From assembly GCA_963761305.1 (NCBI GenBank), contig CAVXGK010000002.1:3040001-3104000 (forward strand): 64,000 nt of DNA, in the 5' to 3' direction. Source of the DNA: an uncultured Gemmatimonadaceae bacterium (lineage in GTDB: Bacteria > Gemmatimonadota > Gemmatimonadetes > Gemmatimonadales > Gemmatimonadaceae). A program made the translations under genes and the position numbers. Shown here in pieces: positions 1 to 8,984 of the stretch; the first letter of the stretch is position 1, and every line of letters begins with the position of its first letter. The notes beneath the pieces are model-generated. The model did no database searches. It saw nothing but the letters and a program-made list of their open reading frames with translations, and was not told the DNA's origin.

Positions 1-443
1 GCATCGCCGAGATGATCGACCGCTACGGAGTCGACGCGTACTTCCTCGACATCGCCGGCGGGCACGTCAACAGCACGAACGGCGACATGCACGAGGGTAC
101 AAAGCGACTCGTGACGAATCTCCGCACGCGATTCCCGCACGTGCTCTGCGTGGGCGAGATGCCCTACGACGCGCTGCACGGCTTCATCCCGATGTATCAC
201 GCCGGCGGCGGGCCGCGCTGGCAGAGGTACAGCAAGTTCTTCCAACACTTGAGCAGCCCGGCGCCGGGTCGCGGCTCGAGCGGCGTGCACGAGTCGGGCT
301 TCGGGCGATTCAACAACGAGACGCTGTCGCTCTCGCCGAACGCGATTCCGACTCTGCAGATCGTCGATGACACGTTCGCGAAACACCGCGACGTGATGGC
401 GGCGATCATTCAAAAAGCGAAAGAGCGCTCGGGCATCGCGTGA
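1..443 (+). CDS. C-terminal part of a putative glycoside-hydrolase-like (TIM-barrel) protein, truncated at window start
   Basis: Frame open from the window edge; 'YGVDAYFLDIAG' and 'LCVGE' resemble beta-strand/acid motifs of GH TIM barrels; stop overlaps araD start (GTGA). Confidence 0.5.
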   Translation, partial: IAEMIDRYGVDAYFLDIAGGHVNSTNGDMHEGTKRLVTNLRTRFPHVLCVGEMPYDALHGFIPMYHAGGGPRWQRYSKFFQHLSSPAPGRGSSGVHESGFGRFNNETLSLSPNAIPTLQIVDDTFAKHRDVMAAIIQKAKERSGIA

Positions 444-1159
444 GACCGGACACCAGCGAGTTCAGCGTGCTGCGCACGACCGCGTGTCGAGCGAACGTCG
501 AGTTGGCGCGACGCGGGCTGGCGCGGTTCACGTTCGGCAATGCCAGCGCGGTCGATCGCGAGCTCGGTGTGGTGGCGATCAAGCCGAGCGGCGTGCCGTA
601 CGACGATCTCGCACCCGAGTCGATGGTCGTCGTCGAGCTCGGAGGTAAGGTCGTCGGCGGCGACCTGCGGCCATCATCCGATTTGGCGACGCACCTCGAG
701 CTGTATCGCGCGTTCGGATCGATCGGCGGCGTCGTGCACACGCATTCTCACTATGCGACGGTGTGGGCGCAGGCGCAGCGCGAGATTCCGTGCCTCGGCA
801 CCACGCACGCCGACTATTTTCACGGCCCGGTGCCGGTGACGACGCACCTCGACAGCCTCGAGATCACGGAGGATTACGAGGCGAACACTGGGCGAGCGAT
901 CGTGCGGCGCTTCGAGCACGACGCGCTGGACCCGCTACGCGTGCCGGCGTGTCTCGTCGCGGGGCACGCGAGCTTCTGCTGGGGAGCGTCGGTGGCGCGA
1001 GCGGTGGAGGTCGCGAGCTTGCTGGAAGACGTCGCTCGCATGGCGTACGACACGATCACCCTGAACGCCGCGGCGGATCCGATTCCTGTTCCGTTGCTCG
1101 ACAAGCACTTCTTGCGCAAGCACGGACCCGACGCGTACTACGGCCAGAGAGACCGCTGA
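440..1159 (+). CDS. araD: L-ribulose-5-phosphate 4-epimerase (class II aldolase family)
   Basis: Motifs FTFGNAS, AIKPSGV, RPSSDLATH, HTHSHYAT, GTTHADYF and C-terminal 'LLDKHFLRKHGPDAYYGQ' typical of AraD. Confidence 0.93.
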   Translation: MRPDTSEFSVLRTTACRANVELARRGLARFTFGNASAVDRELGVVAIKPSGVPYDDLAPESMVVVELGGKVVGGDLRPSSDLATHLELYRAFGSIGGVVHTHSHYATVWAQAQREIPCLGTTHADYFHGPVPVTTHLDSLEITEDYEANTGRAIVRRFEHDALDPLRVPACLVAGHASFCWGASVARAVEVASLLEDVARMAYDTITLNAAADPIPVPLLDKHFLRKHGPDAYYGQRDR

Positions 1160-1209
1160 CAGCTGTCAGGTCGGAGTTGGGAGAGCGTCGAGCGAAGAGT
1201 GTTTGCCGC

Positions 1210-3471
1210 TCAGAGCGCGACGTCGAGGGCACGACCGCTGAAGTCGATCGTCTTCACGATCGAAGAGCCGACAACTCTCACATTCACGCGGCGCGGATTC
1301 GGCGAGCGCATCCTGAAGCCGGGCGCGAGGCGGAGCGCGAGTCGTCTCGGTGCGTCGTGCCAACTCATGATCACGCGCATCGCGTCGCCGCGGCGGTAGT
1401 CGAACGAGTTGCCGTCGTCCTCGTACCACGTGGACTCGCCGTCAGCGCCGGGGTAAACGACCAGTGTCGTCGGTTCGGCGACCGGTTCGTCGGTGTACTG
1501 CCGGACAGGATCCATCGGGATCACCGATCCCGCACGCACGTAGAGCGGCAGCGTAGCCAAACCCACCGCGCGCTCGATCTCCGCGCCTCCCTCGACCGGC
1601 TCTTCTTTCCAGAAGTCGAACCACTTGCCCCGCGGTAGATAGACGCGGCGGCTCGTCGCGCCTTTCTCCACGACCGGTGCGACGAGGATGTCCCGGCCCC
1701 AGAGATATTCGTCGCCGCGGGCGACGGCCGACGCGTCATCCGCGTGATGCAACCAGAGCGCGCGCATGATCGGCATGCCCGTGTCGTGCGTCTCACGAAC
1801 AGCGGTGTACAGGTACGGCATCAGCCGATAGCGGAGCTCGAGGTATTGACGACAGATCGGCTCGACCTGCGTGTTGTGCAGCTCGGCTGGATCGGCCTTG
1901 AAGTTCTGCGTCTCTGGAGGACCACCGTCACCGCCGTCCCATCCCCATGGGAGATGCAGATGCCAGTTGCGGCCGTGCGAGCGAAACACGGGACAGAACG
2001 CCGCGAACTGGAACCAGCGTACGTACAGCTCTCCGGTGTACTCCGCGGTTGGAATGAACCCGCCGATGTCGGTGCCCCAATACGGAAGTCCCGTGAGACC
2101 CGTATTGATCGCGACGGGCACGTGCGTCTTGAGTGTCTCCCAGCGCGACTGCACGTCGCCCGACCAGATCAATCCGCCGAAGCGCTGCACGCCGGCCGAC
2201 GCGTTGCGATGGAGCGCGAACGGTCGCTGATTCGGGTGAAAGAGCTGCGTGCCTTCCCAGTACATGCGATGTCGATTCAGCTCCGACGGACCGTCGAAGC
2301 CATCGCCTTGATCCGGCCACCAGCCGTCGACGCCGTCGTCCATCACGGATTTGTGAAACGGCCAGTAGCACGACGCCTGGCGATCCGGCGGCCACTTGTT
2401 GTCCGCCGTTCGGCCACTCGGCAGCGGCGGCGCGGTGCACACATCCGCGACCGTTCCCGTGAGAAGCTTGCCCTCGATGACGACGTGCACGATCACCTTG
2501 AAGTGTTCGTCGTGCAATGCGGCAAGCTGCTTGCGCGGTTCCGGAAAGTTGACCGGGTGCCACGTGAATTCGCCGTTCCGCGTGTTCCAGCCCGACGGCG
2601 CGAACTCGGTGCCGAGGTAGATGAGCGCGTCGCACGGCAGCTTCTTCTCGCGCATCGTGCGCGCGATGCCGGCGATCTGCTCCGGTCCTTCGAGCGTGCG
2701 ATGCGATTGCTGATAGCCGAACGCCCAGCGCGGGGGCATCTCGGGCAATCCCGTGATGCGCGCGTATTCGCGCATGATCACCGCGGGATCCTTCGACGCG
2801 ACGACAAAGATGTCGAGCGGCAGCGACGCATCCTTCGGCGTGAACCTGCCGGAGGGTCCCGAGAAATCGAACTCGCCTGTCGGCTGGTGGATGAACATCG
2901 CCCACCCATCCGTGCCGACGAGCCATTGAATCGGCGCGCGCGTGCCGTGCGTCGACAGTCGGTAGCCGCCTTGGCCGATGATCATCCGATCGGTCGAGCC
3001 CTTGCGATCGAACTGCGGCCCGCCCTCGCCGAGTCCGAGCAATGGACCGTCGCCGAGGAGAAACGACATGCCGGGCGACGTCGCGTCGAGCACGAGTCGC
3101 TGCGCCAGTGCGCCGGCGCGCGTTTCGACGGTGAGGGTCGGTGGCGCGTCGCTGAACTTGATCGTGAGATCGCCGGCGCGAACACGGGTGAGTGCTGCCA
3201 AATCTCGCGCCCGTGTGAGCGGCTTGCCGAGTTTTTCCGCGAGGAGCTCACCGGTGAACGGCACAGGATCGGCGACGCCGTTTCGCAGCGGTTGAATGGT
3301 GATGCGCGCCGTCGATGCACTCAACGAGGCCACCGCGATCTCGACCGGCTGCCCCGCGACGACGATTTCCTTCGCGCTACCGCGAATGAAGGTGGGGCGG
3401 CCGAGGGCGAGCACGGCGCCGGCCGAGCCGAGTTGCTTCAGGGCATCACGACGCGAGACGTTGTCGCTCAT
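1210..3471 (-). CDS. Glycoside hydrolase family 31 (alpha-glucosidase/alpha-xylosidase-like), Tat-exported
   Basis: SRRDALK twin-arginine signal; GWWPDQGD nucleophile region, WSGDV, WGTDIGGF, ELYVRWFQF, RYRLMPYLY, C-terminal YEDDG. Confidence 0.9.
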   Translation of the reverse strand: MSDNVSRRDALKQLGSAGAVLALGRPTFIRGSAKEIVVAGQPVEIAVASLSASTARITIQPLRNGVADPVPFTGELLAEKLGKPLTRARDLAALTRVRAGDLTIKFSDAPPTLTVETRAGALAQRLVLDATSPGMSFLLGDGPLLGLGEGGPQFDRKGSTDRMIIGQGGYRLSTHGTRAPIQWLVGTDGWAMFIHQPTGEFDFSGPSGRFTPKDASLPLDIFVVASKDPAVIMREYARITGLPEMPPRWAFGYQQSHRTLEGPEQIAGIARTMREKKLPCDALIYLGTEFAPSGWNTRNGEFTWHPVNFPEPRKQLAALHDEHFKVIVHVVIEGKLLTGTVADVCTAPPLPSGRTADNKWPPDRQASCYWPFHKSVMDDGVDGWWPDQGDGFDGPSELNRHRMYWEGTQLFHPNQRPFALHRNASAGVQRFGGLIWSGDVQSRWETLKTHVPVAINTGLTGLPYWGTDIGGFIPTAEYTGELYVRWFQFAAFCPVFRSHGRNWHLHLPWGWDGGDGGPPETQNFKADPAELHNTQVEPICRQYLELRYRLMPYLYTAVRETHDTGMPIMRALWLHHADDASAVARGDEYLWGRDILVAPVVEKGATSRRVYLPRGKWFDFWKEEPVEGGAEIERAVGLATLPLYVRAGSVIPMDPVRQYTDEPVAEPTTLVVYPGADGESTWYEDDGNSFDYRRGDAMRVIMSWHDAPRRLALRLAPGFRMRSPNPRRVNVRVVGSSIVKTIDFSGRALDVAL

Positions 3472-3504
3472 GTCATAGCGGCGGCCACTATGGACGGTTA
3501 CTAA

Positions 3505-3614
3505 AACTCAACACAGATGCCGCAGATTCGAACGACAATGCCGCAGATGACCAACGAGTTATTGTTGTTCATCTCCGGCATCTCTTTTCCAATCTGCGGC
3601 ATCTGCGTTCAATT
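3505..3614. repeat. Nested-palindrome intergenic repeat element (CGCAGAT-based), copy 1
   Basis: Outer arms aactcaacacagatgccgcagatt (3505-3528) / aatctgcggcatctgcgttcaatt (3591-3614); inner arms atgccgcagatgaccaac / gttgttcatctccggcat; related copy at 28668-28772. Confidence 0.8.
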
Positions 3615-3637
3615 TTCTCTCCCGAAAACGAAGCCCA

Positions 3638-4495
3638 TCAGCCAAACGTGAGCCGGCGCAGGTACTCACAGTTGACACGCGCGCTCGCCATCTCATCGGT
3701 CGGACTCTCCTGCTCCACATAGCACGGCTTGTGCGCGAGATCCGGAATCACGGCCAGGAATCGCGCGAAGTCGAACGTGCCGGTGCCCATCTCCGTGTCG
3801 CGCGAACCGTCGGCGACGACGTCCTTGAGATGGAAGCTCCAGTATCGGTCACGGTGAGCCGCCAGATATCGCATCGGATCGCCGTGCCCCATGAGCATGT
3901 TGCCGACGTCGAGTTGGAGACGCACCGCGGCGGGGTCGAGCCGCGCGACAAACTCGTCGTACGGCACGGCGCCGTCGATCGGCGTCATGTGATCGGGCTC
4001 GTTGTGGAACGCGAGCCAGATTCCCGCGCGACGCGCCGCGGCGCCCGCGGTGTTGAATCGATCCGCCCACTGCCGCCACGCGTCGAGCGAATGCTGTGTT
4101 TCGTCGGGCAGGCTCGGCACGATCAAGTACTGGTGCCCGAGCAGGTGCGCCTTCTCGAGGCTCTTGTCCCAGTCGCGGAGCATCGTCTCCGGCGCCATGT
4201 GCGCCGACGGAGCGGCGAGGCCCTCGTGGTCGAGCGTGGCGCGCACCTGCTGCGGCGTTCGACCAAAATTGTCGAACGACCACAAGAGCTCGACGTCGCG
4301 ATATCCGATCGCGCGCACCGCAGCGAGCGTCCGTTCGGGATCCGCGCGCATCGCCTTGCGCACGGCATAGAGCTCCAACCCGATGCGATCGAGTCTGGCA
4401 ACCTCGTTGAGCCGCGAGGCGCCCGCGCGAAACGGCGCGACGATGCCACCTGCTACGGCCGCGCCCATCGCCTGAACGAACGTCCGTCGTTTCAT
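3638..4495 (-). CDS. Sugar phosphate isomerase/epimerase family (xylose-isomerase-like TIM barrel), Tat-exported
   Basis: KRRTFV Tat motif; IGLELYAVR, FHNE, LQLDVGN, HLKD, YVEQE metal-ligand pattern. Confidence 0.85.
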   Translation of the reverse strand: MKRRTFVQAMGAAVAGGIVAPFRAGASRLNEVARLDRIGLELYAVRKAMRADPERTLAAVRAIGYRDVELLWSFDNFGRTPQQVRATLDHEGLAAPSAHMAPETMLRDWDKSLEKAHLLGHQYLIVPSLPDETQHSLDAWRQWADRFNTAGAAARRAGIWLAFHNEPDHMTPIDGAVPYDEFVARLDPAAVRLQLDVGNMLMGHGDPMRYLAAHRDRYWSFHLKDVVADGSRDTEMGTGTFDFARFLAVIPDLAHKPCYVEQESPTDEMASARVNCEYLRRLTFG

Positions 4496-4565
4496 GCGAC
4501 AACACTACCCGCTCTCACCCGGCTTGGCCATATTCGGCGCGCTCCGCTGCCCCGGGTTCCCACAC

Positions 4566-5345
4566 ATGACCGCTTTGGACCGCTCGCCAACAGAAGTGCA
4601 CGATTTCGCCGGCCGTGTCGCCATCGTGACCGGAGCGTCGCGCGGTCTCGGACGGGCGGCTGTCGCTCGGCTGCGAGAGCGTGGCGCCAGCGTGGCGGTC
4701 AACGTACGCGATCGCGCGCGCGCCGAGTCGGTGATCGCGTCGCTCGGCGGTGGCGAGCACCTGTTGGCGGTCCCCGGTGACATCTCGGCCGAGGGTGTCC
4801 CGGAAGAGATCGTACAGCAAACGATGACGCACTTCGGCCGCGTCGACGTACTGGTCAACAACGCGGCTCACGCTCGGTCGACGCGCTTTCCGGATCTCTC
4901 CGCCGCCGAGTGGCGCGAGGCCGTCGAGGTGAACCTGACGATTCCGTTTTTGTTCATTCAGGCCGTGCTGCCCGCGATGAAGGCGCAACACTACGGCCGC
5001 GTCGTCAATATCTCATCGACGGCCGGACGAACCGTGAGCACGCTCGGCGGGGCGCACTACACCGCGTCGAAGGCCGGGTTGCTCGGGCTGACGCGCGCGG
5101 CGGCAAAGGAGCTCGGACAGTTCGGCATCACGGTCAACGCGATCTGCCCGGGCCTCATCGACACGGAGCTCACGCGCGAGACGGCGAACAACGATCTGCT
5201 GGAGCGACTTGCCGCGGGGTTTCCGGTTCCGCGACTCGGCACGGCGCGCGAAGTGGCGGACCTCATTTGCTTCATCGCTTCGGAAGAGGCGGGCTACATG
5301 ACCGGCACGTCGCTCGACATCTCGGGCGGCGACCTGATGATGTAA
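4566..5345 (+). CDS. Short-chain dehydrogenase/reductase (FabG-like)
   Basis: TGASRGLG, LVNNAA, YTASK catalytic motif, VNAICPG. Start chosen at ATG 4566. Confidence 0.9.
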   Translation: MTALDRSPTEVHDFAGRVAIVTGASRGLGRAAVARLRERGASVAVNVRDRARAESVIASLGGGEHLLAVPGDISAEGVPEEIVQQTMTHFGRVDVLVNNAAHARSTRFPDLSAAEWREAVEVNLTIPFLFIQAVLPAMKAQHYGRVVNISSTAGRTVSTLGGAHYTASKAGLLGLTRAAAKELGQFGITVNAICPGLIDTELTRETANNDLLERLAAGFPVPRLGTAREVADLICFIASEEAGYMTGTSLDISGGDLMM

Positions 5346-5366
5346 AGCCATCTACACACGGCCGAC

Positions 5367-6626
5367 ATGAAAGAAGGCACGCAAATCGTCGTCGCGCTCG
5401 GCGCGGCGGTCGTCATTGGTGCGGCAATCGCCGCGTCGGGAAACGGCACGGCGCTCAACGCCGCCGACGCCGTGGCGCCGCTCGGCACGCTGTGGGTGAA
5501 CGCGATTCGGATGACGGTGATTCCGCTCATCGTCTCTCTGCTCATCACTGGCGTTTCGTCCACCGCCGACGTCGCGTCGATCGGGCGGCTGGGCGGGCGC
5601 ACGCTGTTGATCTTCGCATTGTTGTTGGCCGGCGTGGCCGCGGTCGTCGTGCCGCTCGCGCCGAGTCTCTTCGCGCTGCTTCCGTTCCCGTCGAACGTCG
5701 GCGGGCATCCGCCGCTGCCCGCGGGCGCGGCCGAGGCGGCGAGTCAACTCACCGGCGCGCAGGGTCAGACATTTGGCCGGTGGCTCACGTCGCTCATTCC
5801 GTCGAATCCGATCGCGGCCGCGGCAAGCGGCGACATGGTGGCGCTCATCGTGTTCTCGATTCTGCTCGCGCTGGCGATCGTGCGGATTCCCGCGGCGACG
5901 CGTGAGCCGCTCACGGCTTTCTTCAGATCGCTCTGCGCGGCGATGCTCGTGCTGGTGCGCTGGGTGATCGCGTTCGCGCCCGTTGGCGTCTTCGCGCTCG
6001 TGCTGCCGCTCGTCGCGCACCTCGGCGCCGGCGTGGCGGGCGCGATCGGGTTGTACATCGCGGCTAACTGCGTGGCGTGCATCGCAGTGACGTTGCTGCT
6101 CTATCCCGTCGCGGCGATCGTCGGCCGCGTTCCGATTCGACAATTCGCGCGCGCGATCTTTCCGTCTCAGCTGATAGCGTTCGGCTCGAGCTCGTCGATC
6201 GCGACGTTGCCGGCGATGGTCGAGAGCGCGGAAGAAGGCTTAGGGATATCGAACCGCGTCGCCGGATTCTCGCTGCCGCTCGCGGTGTCGGTGTTCAAGA
6301 TCGCCGCGCCGGCGTCGTGGACGGTTGGCGCGCTTTTCATCGGATGGTTCTATGGCATCCCGCTGCACGCGCAGCAACTGGCGACGGTGGCGTTCGCCGC
6401 GGTGTTCCTCGCCTTCGCGGCGCCGGGCATTCCTCGCGGCGCGTTTCTCATGCTGGCGCCTCTCTTCTTGGCGATCGGCTTGCCGGTCGAGGGCATCGGC
6501 ATTCTCATCGCGGTGGATGCGATTCCCGACACGTTCGCCACGGTCCTCAACGTCACCGGCGATCTGGTGGCGACGACACTCGCGAATCGCTTCAGTCCAC
6601 CGGTAGAAGCGGCGTCGCAGCGCTAG
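5367..6626 (+). CDS. Dicarboxylate/amino acid:cation symporter (DAACS)
   Basis: Many TM segments; LIPSNP, FGSSSSIATLP, APGIPRG, LNVTGD motifs. Confidence 0.9.
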   Translation: MKEGTQIVVALGAAVVIGAAIAASGNGTALNAADAVAPLGTLWVNAIRMTVIPLIVSLLITGVSSTADVASIGRLGGRTLLIFALLLAGVAAVVVPLAPSLFALLPFPSNVGGHPPLPAGAAEAASQLTGAQGQTFGRWLTSLIPSNPIAAAASGDMVALIVFSILLALAIVRIPAATREPLTAFFRSLCAAMLVLVRWVIAFAPVGVFALVLPLVAHLGAGVAGAIGLYIAANCVACIAVTLLLYPVAAIVGRVPIRQFARAIFPSQLIAFGSSSSIATLPAMVESAEEGLGISNRVAGFSLPLAVSVFKIAAPASWTVGALFIGWFYGIPLHAQQLATVAFAAVFLAFAAPGIPRGAFLMLAPLFLAIGLPVEGIGILIAVDAIPDTFATVLNVTGDLVATTLANRFSPPVEAASQR

Positions 6627-7639
6627 CGCGCTGTCGAGTCCAGCGCGAGCAGACCGCGCAGCACAGACTGCGGGGCGAGAAACGCGGAGCCGTGGCGAAT
6701 GCCGCGCGGCGTCTTGAGCGAGTCGCGGAACTGCTCCCAATGCTCGAAGTCGTGCGAGCGCACCGCGCCGTAGTGACCGCGCGTGTACTCGTCGTAGTAG
6801 ACATACCACCAGTCGCCCGAGTGCATCACCGACGGACCTTCCGTGTCCTGGTCGGTGATCGCGGGCGATGCCGGTCCGTACGGCCCGGTCGCGTGCTTGC
6901 TCGACGCGATGCGGATGTAGCGGTGCAGCGGATAGAACGTCTCGTCCTTCATGACGAGGTAGTACGTGTCGCCGCGTTTGGCGATCGTGCCGTCGATGGC
7001 GCAGAAGCCGCCGTCGTAAAGCAGTTTGGCGGGCGAGTACGTCTTGAAGTCCTTCGTCGTCGTGAAGTAGAGGCGATGGTCCGCTCGGCCGCGCGACGTC
7101 TTCTGCGCGATCGAGTCCGTGGTCGGGAAACGCCCCGGGATCGACGACGCCCACACGATCACGAACTGTTTCGTCGCGTCGTCGTAGAAGAGATCCGGCG
7201 CCCACGTGTTCAGCGCATCGGGCTCATGCTCCATCACCGGCACGCGCGTCTGTTCCGACCAGTGGATCAGGTCGGGCGAGTGTGCGACGCCGATCGCGTG
7301 ATCGGTCCAGGCGACGGTCCACACGAGGTGGAACATGCCGTCCGGCCCGCGCAGAATGCTCGGATCACGCATCAGCGCGGCGGTCGTGTTCCACTCCTGC
7401 CAGCCGCGGCCAGCGCCGGTGATCGCCGGCGTGATGACCGCCTTGCCGCCGTTGAGTGGAAGCCACGTCACGCCGTCGCGGCTGTACGCGAGATGCACGC
7501 CGTCTTCACCGTTGCGCGTGAAGTACGAGAACAGAAACGCGCTCTGCTCCGGCGCGGGCCCCGGCGGGTGCGATGGGTGTCCGCACGCGACGAGCGCGAT
7601 CGTCGCGAGCGAGCGCCACGAGCCGAGCCGAGCTTTCAT
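6623..7639 (-). CDS. Glycoside hydrolase family 43-like five-bladed propeller, predicted lipoprotein
   Basis: ATG 7639 gives MKARLGSWRSLATIALVAC (lipobox-like); MRDPSI, WAPD, AIDGT, TEGP and RHGS motifs. The upstream part of the 605-aa ORF call is read-through in another gene's frame. Confidence 0.85.
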   Translation of the reverse strand: MKARLGSWRSLATIALVACGHPSHPPGPAPEQSAFLFSYFTRNGEDGVHLAYSRDGVTWLPLNGGKAVITPAITGAGRGWQEWNTTAALMRDPSILRGPDGMFHLVWTVAWTDHAIGVAHSPDLIHWSEQTRVPVMEHEPDALNTWAPDLFYDDATKQFVIVWASSIPGRFPTTDSIAQKTSRGRADHRLYFTTTKDFKTYSPAKLLYDGGFCAIDGTIAKRGDTYYLVMKDETFYPLHRYIRIASSKHATGPYGPASPAITDQDTEGPSVMHSGDWWYVYYDEYTRGHYGAVRSHDFEHWEQFRDSLKTPRGIRHGSAFLAPQSVLRGLLALDSTAR

Positions 7640-7641
7640 GT

Positions 7642-8976
7642 CTACGATTTCTTCTTCATCAAGAGCGTGAGCGGCGTGGTCGCCGTCGGCCCGATGTCCA
7701 CCGGGATGTCCAGCTCTTCGTAGCCTTGCTTCGTGATGTGCAGTAGAGAGCCGCCCTCGGGAAGGAAGACGAGACTCACCGTGCCCGTCGCCGTGGTGCT
7801 GACGTACGTTCCCGTCTTGGCGTCGGCGACTCGCGCGCTGTCGACCGGCTCGCCGGTGTCCTGGTCGTAAATCCCGAGGAGACGGTAACGATACGAGGGA
7901 AGCGCCGCCGCCGAGTCGTGGCCGACGGCAACCGAGTCGTGGAACGCGACGGTCGAGTCGTGACGCGGCGAGGCGTCGATGGCGACGGGCGTCGTCGTCT
8001 GAACGCCGGAAAGCGTCGCGCGAATCCCCGGCACTCCGTCGGAAGGCGATCGCACGTACGACGTTTGCCCCGGCTCGTAGACGACGCCCTCCTTGAGCAC
8101 GATGAAGAGCGCGTTGTTGCTCCCGACCTTGCCGACCGAGTTGTCCCAATCGTCGAGATACTTGATCTGCTCGATATGCTCGGGCCGAATCTCGCAGAGC
8201 ACCTGTAGCGTCCCCGCCGACAATCCCGACAGTGCGCCGCGATGTCCCGCCTGGCATGCCGGGTCGGTCGTGATGGTGAGGATGCGCCGTCCGTTCACCC
8301 ACGCGCTGGTTCGCGAGAACGCGGACGGCGCGCCGGACGATCGCGTGGTGCGCGGACAGCCGCCCGCGTTCGTGTTGGAGATCGGGCAGGCGCGGGCCGC
8401 GGTGCGCACGCTCGCCGGGACGCCGCCCCATGGATTGCAAATTCGGCCGCAGACCATGTCCGGCTTGAGCTTTCTCAGAATGTCCGACGCGTCGATCAGC
8501 TCGTCCGCGTGTTTGGCGATCTCGTCGGCATCGATGAAGTAGCTCTTGCGCTTGAGATCTTCCTGCGCGGTCACCGTCACCGGCGCGAGCGATTGGGTCG
8601 TGCGATGCATGACGACGTCGAATGACAGGCGCCCCGACTTGCCGCGAAAGAACTGGTCGGAACGGTTGTAGCCGATCTTGCGCACGACCAGCTGATAGTC
8701 TCCTTGCGGCTGCTCCACCGTCAGCGAGACGTGGCCGCTCGGATCGGTGGTGCCGCTCGCTTTCGACTCACTCAGGCCGACGAGAACCGCCGCCTCCGCG
8801 CCGTCGACGGCGATCCCCGCGCTGTCGATGACCCGCACGCTCACGACCAGCGGCGGAATCGTGGGTGTTGCCGTCGCCTGTGCGGCGCCGCTCACCGACG
8901 TCAGGCTCGTGGCGACCGCCGCGGCCAGCGTCAACGCGGAAAGGGTCCGGCAATTTCTCGCTGCCCGAACCGACAT
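7642..8976 (-). CDS. Secreted protein with carboxypeptidase-regulatory-like domains flanking a TonB-plug-like, Cys-rich core
   Basis: Signal peptide; 'VRVIDSAG...GTTDPSG...YQLVVRKIGY' and 'IYDQDTGEPV...HITKQGY' domains; central 'FIDADEI...EIRPEHIEQIKYL...ALFIVLK'. Confidence 0.65.
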   Translation of the reverse strand: MSVRAARNCRTLSALTLAAAVATSLTSVSGAAQATATPTIPPLVVSVRVIDSAGIAVDGAEAAVLVGLSESKASGTTDPSGHVSLTVEQPQGDYQLVVRKIGYNRSDQFFRGKSGRLSFDVVMHRTTQSLAPVTVTAQEDLKRKSYFIDADEIAKHADELIDASDILRKLKPDMVCGRICNPWGGVPASVRTAARACPISNTNAGGCPRTTRSSGAPSAFSRTSAWVNGRRILTITTDPACQAGHRGALSGLSAGTLQVLCEIRPEHIEQIKYLDDWDNSVGKVGSNNALFIVLKEGVVYEPGQTSYVRSPSDGVPGIRATLSGVQTTTPVAIDASPRHDSTVAFHDSVAVGHDSAAALPSYRYRLLGIYDQDTGEPVDSARVADAKTGTYVSTTATGTVSLVFLPEGGSLLHITKQGYEELDIPVDIGPTATTPLTLLMKKKS

Positions 8977-8984
8977 ACGCAACC

